Of a stretch of DNA of 64,000 bases, positions 15,001-26,500 are shown piece by piece. Under the pieces are notes generated by a model. That model made no database searches and was not told the origin of the DNA. It was given only the letters and a program-made list of their open reading frames with translations. The DNA is from Eledone cirrhosa (lineage: Eukaryota). Position 1 is the first letter of the stretch, and each line of letters starts with the position of its first letter. The stretch spans positions 263,429 through 327,428 of the forward strand of contig CAXHJY010000275.1 in the NCBI GenBank assembly GCA_964016885.1. Reading direction: 5' to 3'. The position numbers and the translations under genes are program-made.

Positions 15001-16197
15001 TAGTACTGGTTAGTTGTAGCAGTCACTGTAGCTTTGGTGTAGTACTGATTAGTTGTAGCAATCACTGTAGCTTCAGTGTAATACTGGTTAGTTGTAGCAG
15101 TCACTGTAGCTTTGGTGTAGTACTGGTTAGTTGTAGCAGTCACTGTAGCTTTGGTGTAGTACTGGTTAGTTGTAGCAATCACTGTAGCTTCAGTGTAGTA
15201 CTGGTTAGTTGTAGCAATCACTGTAGCTTCAGTGTAGTACTGGTTAGTTGTAGCAGTCACTGTAGCTTTGGTGTAGTACAGGTTAGTTGTAGCAGTCACT
15301 GTAGCTTTGGTGTAATATTGGTTAGTTGTAGCAGTCACTGTAGCTTTGGTGTAATACTGGTTAGTTGTAGCAGTCACTGTAGTTTTGGTGTAGTACTGGT
15401 TAGTTGTAGCAGTCACTGTAGCTTTGGTGTAATACTGGTTAGTTGTAGCAGTCACTGTAGTTTTGGTGTAGTACTGGTTAGTTGTAGCAGTCACTGTAGC
15501 TTCAGTGTAATACTGGTTAGTTGTAGCAGTCACTGTAGCTTTAGTGTAGTACTGGTTAGTTGTAGCAAACACTAGCTTCAGTGTAGTACTGGTTAGTTGT
15601 AGCAGTCACTGTAGCTTTGGTGTAGTACTGGTTAGTTGTAGCAGTCACTGTAGTTTTGGTGTAGTACTAGTTCGTTGTAGCAGTCACTGTAGCTTCAGTG
15701 TAATAATGGTTAGTTGTAGCAGTCACTGTAGCTTTGGTGTAATACTGGTTAGTGATAGCAGTCACTGTAGCTTTGGTGTAATACTGGTTAGTTGTAGCAG
15801 TCACTGTAGCTTTGGTGTAATACTGGTTAGTTGTAGCAGTCACTGTAGCTTCAGTGTAGTACTCGTTAGTTGTAGCAGTCACTGTAGCTTTGGTGTAATA
15901 CTGGTTAGTTGTAGCAGTCACTGTAGCTTCAGTGTAGTACTGGTTAGTTGTAGCAGTCACTGTAGCTTCAGTGTAGTACTGGTTAGTTGTAGCAGTCACT
16001 GTAGCTTTGGTGTAATACTGGTTAGTTGTAGCAGTCACTGTAGCTTCAGTGTAGTACTGGTTAGTTGTAGCAGTTACTGTAGCTTCAGTGTAGTACTGGT
16101 TAGTTGTAGCAGTTACTGTAGCTTCAGTGTAGTACTGGTTAGTTGTAGCAGTCACTGTAGCTTCAGTGTAATACTGTTTAGTTGTAGGAGTTACTGT
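1..16197. repeat. 39-bp tandem satellite (TGTAGCAGTCACTGTAGCTTTGGTGTAGTACTGGTTAGT)n, >400 units, with higher-order repeats; runs off the left edge
   Basis: Direct 39-bp periodicity; recurring variant units and 11/12-bp deletion units; ends ~120 bp before a SUCO exon. Confidence 0.98.
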
Positions 16198-16318
16198 CTT
16201 TCTTCAAAGTTATGGGAAAACATACTGAATTATTGATGGTGGGGAAAATAAACTATAATTTAATTATTTTTAGCAATTTCATTGAGGAAAATATCTTCAG
16301 TGTATTTTGTATTTACAG

Positions 16319-16394
16319 GGAATCGTTTGAATGAAACTCAAAAGAATAATAAAACCACAAATGATACGCAGCTACCGTGTGTACCTGATGCAAG
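16319..16394 (+). CDS. SUCO: SUCO internal exon (NRLNETQKNNKTTNDTQLPCVPDA)
   Basis: tttacAG acceptor, AG|GTCAGT donor, open frame, phase-2 end matches next exon. Confidence 0.65.
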
Positions 16395-16458
16395 GTCAGT
16401 CTTTTGATAAATCTCCAGTTTCATTGTATTTTCATTACATTTTGCAGTACTACTGTTT

Positions 16459-16632
16459 ATCATCATCATCATCGATTAACGTCCATCTTCCACGCTAGCA
16501 TCAGTTAGACGGTTTTGTTCCATTTGATGCGGGAATGATCGGGAGACTGTGTCTCGCTGATACAGAAGTGTCTCTGGCAGGCTTTTTACAGCTGGGTGCC
16601 CTTTCTAACACCAACCACATTTACAATGTGCA
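16459..16632 (-). mobile_element. RTE-related 3' tail / SINE fragment
   Basis: (CAT)n tail, terminal stem-loop and GGGCA-x-CCAGCTGTA motif shared with RTE 3' UTRs in this window. Confidence 0.7.
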
Positions 16633-16714
16633 CTATACTTTGTAATTGTTGTATACTTTGTCTTTCATCTTTTAAAGGTCGATAAGTACCAGTCTAGTAC
16701 TGGAGTCGATTCCA

Positions 16715-17044
16715 TTTCATTTTACGTCCGCTTTTCCCTGCTTGCAAGGGTGGGACAGGAACTGATTCTGGCTTGATTTCTACAGCTGGATGCCCTTCCT
16801 AACACCAACCTCATTTACAGTGAATGCTGGGTGCTTTTTTGCCGTGGCACCTCCACGACCACTTTGCAGTGGAATGATATGGACCCCAGTCCCTATCATC
16901 TCATTTCTACAGCTGAGTAAACTGGAGCAATGTGAAATAAAGTGTCTTGCTCAAGGAAACAACACATCACCTGGTCTGAGAATTGAACTCACAACACTTT
17001 CGATTGCAAGGCCAATGCTCTAACCACTAAGCCATGTGCCTCCA
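16715..17044 (-). mobile_element. tRNA-derived SINE (V-domain-like body) with composite RTE-derived tail
   Basis: Reverse complement has A box TGGCTTAGTGG, B box GTTCAATTC, CCTTGAGCAAGACACTT body, then RTE 3' UTR sequence and GCAAGCAGGGAAAAGCGGACGTAAAATG end. Confidence 0.85.
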
Positions 17045-17337
17045 TTGTTCTTCTATATCTCTTTCTCATTTCCTTTCTCTCACTTTCTATCTTTCTCTGA
17101 AGAAATTTGCTGTACTCAGGTCTGAAGAGGGGTGGGCTCCGCCAGGCTTAAAATACCCAAGAAATGCTGTATGTCAATACGGCACCCTTATGACTCTATC
17201 AGGAGTTACTGGACCATACAATATCAATTGTTGTATAAGATTTTTATTTCTTTGATTAATAGATATATTTTAGATATTTCTGTTATTGATATCAATGAAA
17301 TAAAGTTCTCAGTATAATATCATCTACTGTTGTGATA

Positions 17338-17500
17338 TACGAGGAGGGTACTCTCATGGAAAGACAAAATGAGATTTATTTTTCAACATTATCCCTGGAA
17401 AAAAAACAATGCAGTTATTAATAAGAAGAGTTGAAATTAATGCATGCAAGATTTCACAGCTCTAGCATCACTCCTTCATAGTCAGCCTATGAACTACTCA
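17338..17500. mobile_element. Mariner-type MITE, degenerate copy
   Basis: Body nearly identical to 21475-21672; left TIR partly deleted. Confidence 0.7.
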
Positions 17501-18061
17501 TATTAAACCTAAGCCAACTAGAGTTGGCTCAACATTTTCAACATCTACTTAATGTCAAATATACTGAAGACCTTTTTATGCCACTCTTAATGTGTATGTA
17601 TATCATCTTACCCTTTACTTGTAATATCAAGTAAAAACAAACAAACAAACCAAAAAAGGTTGCAAGCCTTAGATTTAGTGACATCATCATCATTTTACGT
17701 CCGCTTTTCCCTGCTTGCAAGGGTAGGACAGGTCTTCTTCAGCACATCATCTCACCATTTGTCACAGTCCTTCGTGACAATATATTGGAATTACAAAGTG
17801 TTTTATTATAAAAAAATTATAAATCTATTTTTGAAATGTTCTAATCTAAATTAAAATAACTATAGATGAAATATTAGCTTGTAAATAATTCCGTTTAACC
17901 TTTTCGGTGCCATATTTTTAATGTAATACATTGCCAATGTGTTTCAGTTAATTTTGAAACTAATCAAATATTTAAGGGAATTTAATAAAATAGTTTCATT
18001 ATTAAGCTGATAGGCGGATTGGCAGTATCAGTAGAGCGTCAGACACCATGCTGTACAGCAT

Positions 18062-18222
18062 AGTTACACCCCTGGACCTGTCTGAAGCAACCATCTCCAA
18101 TTGATTCAGCTGGATCTCCAAGCAAGACCAGTTGAGCTCATAGATGTTATCCAACCATCTTGCTCAAAGTCTACCCCTGGGTCTACTGTCAGTTGGTTTT
18201 GCCTGTAAAATCTGTCCAGCGA
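18062..18222 (-). mobile_element. 3' fragment of an Expander/REX3-like RTE LINE (other copies at 18990-19160 and 51000-51180)
   Basis: Three homologous copies; minus strand of the 51 kb copy reads LEQILRAKPTGRRPRARWLDNIQGLSWSCLGIQPDQLEMVVSDRTHW, an RTE C-terminus. Confidence 0.7.
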
Positions 18223-18364
18223 TTAGTACAATTTCTTTTAGTGTCTGTTAGTATATATATATATTTTTTCAAGAAAATGTAAATATATAGTTTCAGTTTC
18301 ATAAACATGACTGACTCCTGATTTATTTGGTAAAATAATATTCATACCATTTTGAATTTTGTAG

Positions 18365-18465
18365 GATTAACACGACTGCTTCTACATCGAAATCAGTTGA
18401 GCCTTCTTCACTGAATCAAGAGATGAAACCTGCTGTACCTGAGGGTTCTATCAATCTCATACCAG
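18365..18465 (+). CDS. SUCO: SUCO internal exon (RINTTASTSKSVEPSSLNQEMKPAVPEGSINLIP)
   Basis: ttttgtAG acceptor, CAG|GTAAGT donor, phase 2 in / phase 1 out joins both neighbours in frame. Confidence 0.75.
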
Positions 18466-18511
18466 GTAAGTATTCTTTCAACATTTGCACTGTAATAATT
18501 CAAACAATAAT

Positions 18512-18705
18512 TGTTTCTACTTTTGGTACAAGGCCAGCAATTACCCCAGTGTATTACTGGTACTTTATTTTATCGACCCCGTAAGGATGAAAGGCAAAGT
18601 TAACCTCGGCGGGATTTGAACTCAGAATGGCAAGGGCCGTAACTCTATACGTCAAAGCATGGCGTCCGACCCTCTACCAATACTGCCAATCCACTGCCCT
18701 TCACC
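18512..18705 (-). mobile_element. tRNA-derived SINE with TTTGCCTTTCATCC..GGGGTCGATAAAATAAAGTACCAG (Nin/Deu-like) core
   Basis: B box GAGTTCAAATCC on minus strand; 16-bp TSD TAATTCAAACAATAAT at 18496 and 18706. Confidence 0.88.
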
Positions 18706-19423
18706 TAATTCAAACAATAATAACAAGCGTTTCTTAGGCTATATTTCCCACTTCACTATTTTTTATACTGTCTGCAACCTCCCTCACCAAGAACTTCCTG
18801 GCTTTCATTTCCTCTCCATCATTTTTAGCCATGTCTTTCTTTGTCTTCCTCTTTCCTCGACACATTACCCAACCATCTCATTTCCTTTCACAACAATTCA
18901 AAGATGTTTGGAATTTATTTTTGTAAATGTTTAAAATTTTTGACTATTTCTTCTTCACCCACTTATTTCTGAAAGGGAGACAGAGACCTCAAACACTCCT
19001 TCCAGCAGGTCCTGTCAAAAGCAACTGTCTCCAATTGATCCAGCTAGATTCCCAAACGAGACCAGTCAAGCTCATGGATGTTATCCAATCATGTTGCTCA
19101 GCGTCTAACCCTGGGTCGCCTATTAATTGGTTTTGCCAATAAAATCTGTCCAGCGATTCTTTCCTGAGACATTCTAACCACATGCCTGTAATATCAGAGC
19201 TGTGATCTCTCAATTCGGAGAAGTAGAAGCTGTACCTAGAGCAACCTTCTGTTCCCCAAGCTATGCACTCTATCAAGTATGTTACTTCAAAGACCCTTTG
19301 AAGGAACCCTATTGTGGGCTCTTGTATCTGTGATCATATTCTTTCAGTCATTACTCAAGATTCATGACCAATTTTCTTATTTCTGACGTTTTTTTTTGTT
19401 GTTTTTTTTTCTTCTTTTTTTAG

Positions 19424-20684
19424 AAAGTTCTCACCAGTATCCCAATGAAAAGTTAGTCACCATATTGAATGATGATGAACAGGTTCCAATATCTGACATA
19501 GCTACAAATGAACCAATGGTACAGCTTATTGAAAGTGAAGAACATCCTGCTGTTATAAGTAGTTATACCACATGCTGTCTTAAATGCCCCATGAAAAAGA
19601 GAAGTGATAAATATTCTTGCTATCAGTCTTTAAAATGTCGGTTTTTGAAAAGTGTATTTACAGTTACGTCAAACAAAAAGGATTCCATTTCGTGGAAGGT
19701 TCCTCTTGTAAGTAAAATTGTAGAGGATCCGTCTACATCTGTTATATCTAAGGCTAGTTTGGACACCAAAAATATTCTGCATTCAGAGGAAAGTGTATCT
19801 GAGCAAAGCATTGTTATTTTAGAAACTGAAACAAGTTCGTCACAATCAGCAATAAGTGCAAATCTAACACATTCAGAAAAATCAGAAAGCCTTTACCCTA
19901 GCACATTAGCGCACACAGTTTTAGAAAATGAAAAAACCATTATGACAGATCAGAAATCGTCTGAAAGTTCTGTTATAGCACAAATAATTTCAAATGCAGA
20001 AAATTCTGTGTTAGAAGAAGAATCTATTTCAGCTTTGCCAAGTGAGGAAGAGAACGAAACAAAATCTTTTATCAGTGATATAGCTTCTATGGATCAGAAG
20101 ACATCTTCCAAACATTCATCTGGTGGAGTGTCTGTTGACTTCCGAACTCCAGCCACTACACTATATATTGAGCCAAGCTCCACATCTATAAAGCAAGTTG
20201 AACTCAATGGTGTCACATCTTCTGAACACTATGATTCCCATCTGTCCCCTTCTGATCCTTTATTTGCAAAATCAGCATCTACTGCCTCCTCAATAAATAA
20301 ACATGATGCAACTTCAGGGATCAAGTCTGATGAGAAAGCAATCCTTAAGGAAACTGAGAGCAACATCATCACAACAGCAAGCCTTCCTAAAAATGGAGAA
20401 GATATGGAGCCAGTGGGGGCAAATATTGAACCAACAAGGGTCTCCGAATCTCCTTCCAAAGCTGTAGTTCCAGAGTCTTCATCGATATCTATTTCATCAA
20501 TGACAGCTGAAGACCCTGTGGTAAAGGCTGTCAATGTTACTGATCCTAAAGTAGATAGTAATGGTCGGCCTTTATACACATTAGTTCGTGTTGGTTTACC
20601 ACCAGCAGGGAAAAGAGAATCAGCTATTATGAGGTTAAATAACCGTATCAAAGCACTGGAACTTAATGTTTCTCTCAGCAGTAG
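19424..20684 (+). CDS. SUCO: SUCO large Ser/Glu/Thr-rich exon ending in conserved KRESAIMRLNNRIKALELNVSLSSR
   Basis: Polypyrimidine+TAG acceptor, AG|GTAAGT donor; ORF 19396..20688; motif matches the SUCO/Slp1 family KES-x-x-MRLNNRIKALE-x-N-x-SLS-x-R. Confidence 0.92.
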
Positions 20685-20759
20685 GTAAGTTGTTGCTATC
20701 ACAAACTGATATATTTTCATTTCTTTAATCTCTTACTTATTGAATTGTTGCTGTTTTTG

Positions 20760-21062
20760 CTCACTACTATTATCATCACGACCAACAATACCACCACCAT
20801 CACAACCAACAATACCACCACCACCATCACACTATCACAACTAACAATACCACCACCATCACAACCAATAATACCACCACCATCAATACCACCACCATCA
20901 TCACTATCAGAACCACCACCATCACACTATCACAACCAACAATACTACCACCACCATCACTATCAGAACCACCACCATCACACTATCACAACCAACAATA
21001 CCACCACCACCACAACCATCATCACTATCACAACAACCACCACCATCATCATCACCACCACA
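20760..21062. repeat. Low-complexity (ACC/AAC/ATC)n compound repeat
   Basis: Directly visible trinucleotide mosaics. Confidence 0.9.
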
Positions 21063-21139
21063 GTTACAAGTCAGCTCTGGTTGAGCAGACCTATAATCAA
21101 AGGTATTCCAGGCATGTTGTAAAGGTTCTTTAAGGTGAC

Positions 21140-21410
21140 CTGCCACAAGTTATATCAATAGTTTGATCCTGTCACATGGCTCTTGCTGGTCATGTTTCCT
21201 GCCAAGATGAACTTGCAGGGGAACTGCTTCTCTGGTCACCAGATGCAAAGTGCTGAGTATGACGTCCAAACATGTTCATTAGGATTGTGTTGGTGAGGGA
21301 CACTGGCCTCACTGCACGGGATCTTCTTGCTGTGATGAGAGATCGGGAAGTCTGGAACAAGAATTTTGTGCATGCTTCACCTTCGATGGAGGGATGACTC
21401 AAGAAGTTGT
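21140..21410 (+). mobile_element. Degenerate RTE/RTE-X LINE 3' end
   Basis: Translates LAGHV..GELLLWSP..RP..VRDTGL..LLAVMRDREVW with stops. Confidence 0.6.
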
Positions 21411-21474
21411 GATTATATTTTTCAAACCTTGTATTGAGACTGTCTTGTGAAAGCTTGAAGGACAAAAAGGTATT

Positions 21475-21672
21475 CAAGGGTCAGCTGAAAAGTTCATAGG
21501 CTGACCTAGATACTCTCATGGAATGACCAAATGAGTTTTATTTTTCACCATAGTCCCTGGAAAAAAGCAAGGCAGTTATTAATAAGAAGAGTTGAAATTA
21601 ATGCATGCAAGATTTCACAACTTTAGCATCACTCCTTCATAGTCAGCTTGTGAACTTTTCAGCTTACCCTTG
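21475..21672. mobile_element. Mariner-type MITE with ~30-bp TIRs
   Basis: CAAGGGTCAGCTGAAAAGTTCATAGGCTGAC ... GTCAGCTTGTGAACTTTTCAGCTTACCCTTG followed by TA. Confidence 0.8.
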
Positions 21673-22261
21673 TATAATATTTTGGGAATTTAATTTGTGA
21701 AATAGCTTGTCAAATGCTGAAAATTGGCAGCATTCAAAAATATTAAATGGAGTTTTATTTAGACAGCACATGGCATAGTGATTAGAGAATTGAATTCACA
21801 ATTCTGAGGTTGCAAGCTCAATATCTGAACTGGGTGATGCATTATGTTCTTGAGCAAGACCCTTTGTTTCACATTACTCCTTCTACCAGGTGTTGTGTCT
21901 GGTGGATAGTATCAGCAATGGAAACAATGTTTCCTTGGTTCAATTTGACAAGTTCCAACCCACTCGGTAAGTGATCTTGTCGATTGATTCATTATCATCA
22001 TCATCATTTAATGCCTGCTTTCCCTGCTAACAAGGGCTGGACGGGTCAGCACTGAAGTGGTGCTACTGATTTCCCAGATAGATGGATGGATCTGTATCCC
22101 ACTTATGTATGGTCATATCGACTGCAGAGGAGAAGTTGTCACAAACTGAAGGATCCTCCTAACACCAACCACTTTGCAGTGTATACTGGTTGCTTTTAAT
22201 TTTTTATTTAGAAGTAAAATACTGTTATTTTTATTACATTAAAATCTTTTCTCTCTGACAG

Positions 22262-22373
22262 ATTCCTGGATGAATTAAGTCAGCGTTATCGCAAACAATC
22301 TGAAGAAATGATGCATTTCCTCAATAAAACTGTGGCACGTCTTGGAAATGTAACAAAAATGACACAGGAAAAG
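22262..22373 (+). CDS. SUCO: SUCO exon (RFLDELSQRYRKQSEEMMHFLNKTVARLGNVTKMTQEK), coiled coil
   Basis: ctgacAG acceptor, AAG|GTTTGT donor; continues the conserved (Y/F)L-x-ELSQRYRKQ motif. Confidence 0.92.
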
Positions 22374-22421
22374 GTTTGTAAAGGTTTTGTTTTTGTGTGG
22401 GGGAGGGGGTAGATTTTTAAA

Positions 22422-23020
22422 CATCATCATCATCATTTTATGTCTGCTTTTCCCTGCTTGCAAAGGTTGGATGGGTCCTATTCAGCACAGTATCTCTCCA
22501 CTTGTCACGGACCTTCGTCATCTCCTCTGCGAGCTTCAGCGATCTGAGGTCTGCTCTTACCACCTCAGCCAATGTTTTTCGTGGTCTTCCTCTACTGCGT
22601 CTTCCTTCTACTAGGATTTCTTGGCACTTCTTTACCCAGCAGTCATCCTCCATGCGCATCACATGTCCATACCATCTCAGTCTTCTCTCCCGCACACCAC
22701 AACTTATCCCTCTTATACCCAGTTTCTCTTTCAACTTGTCCATGCTTGGTTGTTCACGCACATTGACATTGCACATCCAACGGAGCATATTTGGTTCATT
22801 TCTCTCCAGCCGTCGCATATCCTCTGTAGTTGCTGCCCATGTCTCACTACCATGCTGCATCGCACATCTCACACAGGCATCATATAACCGGCCTTTCGTA
22901 CGCAGTGAGAAACCCTTCTTCGTCAACAGAGGAAGCAGCTCCCTAAACTTCTTCCAACCCATCCATTATTCTAGATACTATGGCCTTGGAACACCCCACC
23001 CATGCTAATCTGATCACCTA
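22422..23020 (-). mobile_element. 5'-truncated RTE LINE (family C)
   Basis: ORF 22438..22962 ([32 protein letters not shown]), (GAT)n tail; close to 61250-61795. Confidence 0.92.
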
Positions 23021-23523
23021 GTTTAGGGAGCTGCTTCTTCTGCTGACCAAGAAGCTATCAACCACTTTGAAAGTTCATTGAATTTGACTGTTAAGTTATT
23101 CATATCTTTCTTTACAAATTCCATCTAATTAATACTATTTTAGTGTTAATTAGATATGATTTCTCACATTGGGCATATGGCTACAAGTATATGGAGAAGG
23201 AAATAGTTGAATCATATTTGAGTACATGTCTGGTATTTATTAAACTCTGAATGCAGAGGGACAAGAATAAATATAGTAAGGGACAAAGATGAAGAGATAT
23301 CTACTACAACTACAACAAACACTTTAACCCTTTAGCATTTAAACCGTCCGTAACCGGCCAGGATTCTCTCACTTCTTTCTATTCAAACCGACCATAACCA
23401 GCCCCTCATACTGATGTTAAGGTATTGTTCTCAAAATAAATAACATCAAAGTCTCACAGATTCGATATTTTGTGAGATACTATGTGAAGTAAAGCCTTTA
23501 CTGTGAAAATACAATAATATATA

Positions 23524-26500
23524 TGCTGTCTCTACGAAGTCATCTACTCCTATCAGTTTATTTTGCCATGAGATGCTACAGGCCATCCCAATTGCAAATG
23601 TTCCACTCACACAATTATTGGTATATTTATCATTTCACTAGCTTCCACAACATATTTATTTTTACCTTCATTTTCTTTTCCCATGCTGTCTCTCTACGAA
23701 GTCATCTACTCTCTTCCTCTCTCTTACACTATTATTAGTGTTGTTGTATTTATCATTTCGCTGTCTCTACGAAGTCATCTACTCCTATCTGTTTATTTTG
23801 CCATGAGATGCTACAGGCCATGATGGCTACCTTCTCACAATTTCCTTCCCGACCCCTCACACCTCCATAGCCTATTCGGCTAATCAAACCTCAGCATGCC
23901 CCCCCCCCACTACCAACCCCAACAAACCCTGCCATTTCTACTACTACCTAACTCTCTCCTCCCCCGTCCCAGCCCAACACACCCTGCCATTATTACCACC
24001 ACCACTGTTCTTCTAGCCCTGATTTTCCTACCGTTATGTATGGATGAGCTGAGAATAAATGGAGCAACTCTGAATTAATAGATGAAAATGAATATGAATC
24101 GGCGAGCTACCAAGCACCCATGTGAAGCTCCAATTCAGAGACAGGCAGCACACACACACCCCTGCAAAAATCGACCCTTCCCTACGAATGTTGACAAATG
24201 CCCAAAACTCAGAGTTGGTACCATCAATGTAAGCACAATGAAAGGAAGAGCAGAAGAAATCGTAGAGATGCTAGAGCGAAAGGAAATTGATGTATGCTGT
24301 GTGCAAAAGACTAGATGGAGAGGAGAGTCTGCTAGAGTCCTTGTAGGAAAAAGTCAGTGCTACAAATTTTTCTGGGTGGGAAATGACGATGGGATGGGTG
24401 GTGTAGGTATACTACTAGCTGACAAGTGGGTAGATAAAGTAATCTCAGTGTACACGGTAAATGCAAGAATCATTAAACTCAGACTAGTCCTAAATAAAAC
24501 AATTACCACAATAATATCAGCTTACGCACCCCAATCGGGGTTGCCAGATGAACTTAAGGATAGATTTTACGAGTCCCTAATGCACACTACTGCTCTAACA
24601 AACGACAATGACTTCCTAATCATCGCAGGAGATTTTAACGGACACGTAGGTAAACACTGTGACGGCTTCAATAGAGTCCATGGAGGCCATGGGGTTGGCA
24701 CAAGAAATGAAGAAGGATTCAGACTTTTAGAATTCTGCGACGCCAATGACATGTCGATATGTAACACAAACTTCAAAAAACCCGACAACCACCTGATCAC
24801 CTATAGATCAGGGGAGCACTCTAGTCAGATAGATTTTATCCTCGTCAGAGGACGTGACAGATGGACGGTCGCAAACACAAAAGCCTTCCCTAGTGAGGAA
24901 TGTACCTCCCAACATAGCTTAGTTGTCAGAACTAGACGAACCTAGAAACAGAGGCCAGCATGGAGAAGAAAGATCTGGAAGCTGAAAGACCCCTCGGCCA
25001 GTAACAGATTTAAAGATATTTTACTCAACGCCTACGACAGTAAAGAAGAACAGATAGAGACATTCAATGTAGAAGAGCACTGGGAGTTCCTAAAATATAA
25101 CTTACTAGAGGCGACGGATGAGATCTGTGGCTGGAGTAAGACCACAAGCAGGAGGAGAGTGACTTGGTGGTGGAACAATAAGGTAGATGAGGCAATTAAG
25201 GCCAAGAGACAGGCATGGAAAGAATGGAAGAACAGGGGAAGCAGGGTACATTACATAGAGACCAAGAGGGAAGCTAGGCAACAAGTATACTTAGCTAGGA
25301 GGGAAGCAGAGGATAGAAAATTCAAGCATGTTTTGCAATGTGAGGACCAGAAACAGGAGGTGTTCCAGATTGCGAGGCAGTGTGTTAGAGAGAATTGTGA
25401 TGTCATTGGAGAGATGTGTATCCGGAATGATAAAGGTGAGATTGCCCTCTCAAGTGCTGAGAAGAAAGATGCATGGAAGAGTCATTATGATAGATTACTA
25501 AATGAGGAGAATGCATGGGAAGAAGAGACCCTACCCCAAGTAGACCCTATAGAGGGGCTAGCAGTACAAGTCAGCAGCAGCTTAGTAAGTAAGGCAATCA
25601 AAGATATGAAGATGGGGAAGGCAACCAGTCCATCAAGTATAGCTACCGAGATGCTGAAGGCATCTGGGTCTGTAGATCACACTATAACGACACGTATTGT
25701 TAACCAGGTAATACTAGAAGGTGTCATACCAAAAGATTGGTGCAGTAGCATCATTGTCAACTGCTACAAAGGTAAAGGTGATGCAATAGATAGAGGAAAC
25801 TATAGAGGTATAAAGTTGATGGACTAGGTCATGAAAGTAACAGAAAGAGTTATAGCACAGTTGATTAGGGTCCGGGTGAAACTAGATGAGATGCAATTTG
25901 GGTTTGTACCAGGAAGAGGCACCACTGATGCCCTCTTCCTTGTGAGGTAGTTACAGGAAAAGTACCTAGCTAAAAGTAAGCCACTCTACCTGGCATTCGT
26001 CGATCTCGAGAAAGCCTTTGACAGAGTTCCACGCGCTATAATCTGGTGGGCTCTTAGAAAACTAGGAGTAGATGAATGGCTTGTGTAAGCTGTACAAGCC
26101 ATGTATAGGGGAGCAGTCAGCAAAGTTAGGATTAGCAATGAGTATAGCGAGGAATTTAGCGTACAGGTTGGTGTCCACCAGGGCTCTGTTCTTAGCCTTC
26201 TCCTGTTCATTATAGTCCTGCAGGCAATAACGGAGGAGTTTAAGACCGGATGCCCATGGGAACTCCTGTATGCAGATGACCTCGCACTTATAGCTGAATC
26301 TATGGTAGAACTAGAGAAGAAATTCCAAACTTGGAAGCAGGGACTAGAAAGGGTCTCAAAGTCAACATGACAAAGACTAAGGTCCTTGTAAGTAGACAAG
26401 AAAACAGAACCCAGATCCCCTCAGGGAAATGGCCTTGCTCAGTATGTAGGAAAGGTGTAGGTAGGAACTCCATTCTCTACCCCAAATGCAAACAATGGGT

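Noticed and set aside
1-16197. CRISPR-like array
   Set aside because: Repeats are contiguous with no unique spacers; eukaryotic context with no cas genes
404-16236. Very long ORFs (SCSSHCSFGVVLV)n on + and mucin-like (TATTNQYYTKATV)n on -
   Set aside because: By-product of a 39-bp (3n) unit with few near-stop codons; recurrent 11-bp frameshifts and stops; no splice or start context
20229-20720. Antisense ORFs overlapping SUCO exons and LINE ORFs
   Set aside because: Shadow frames of real coding sequence with no independent motifs
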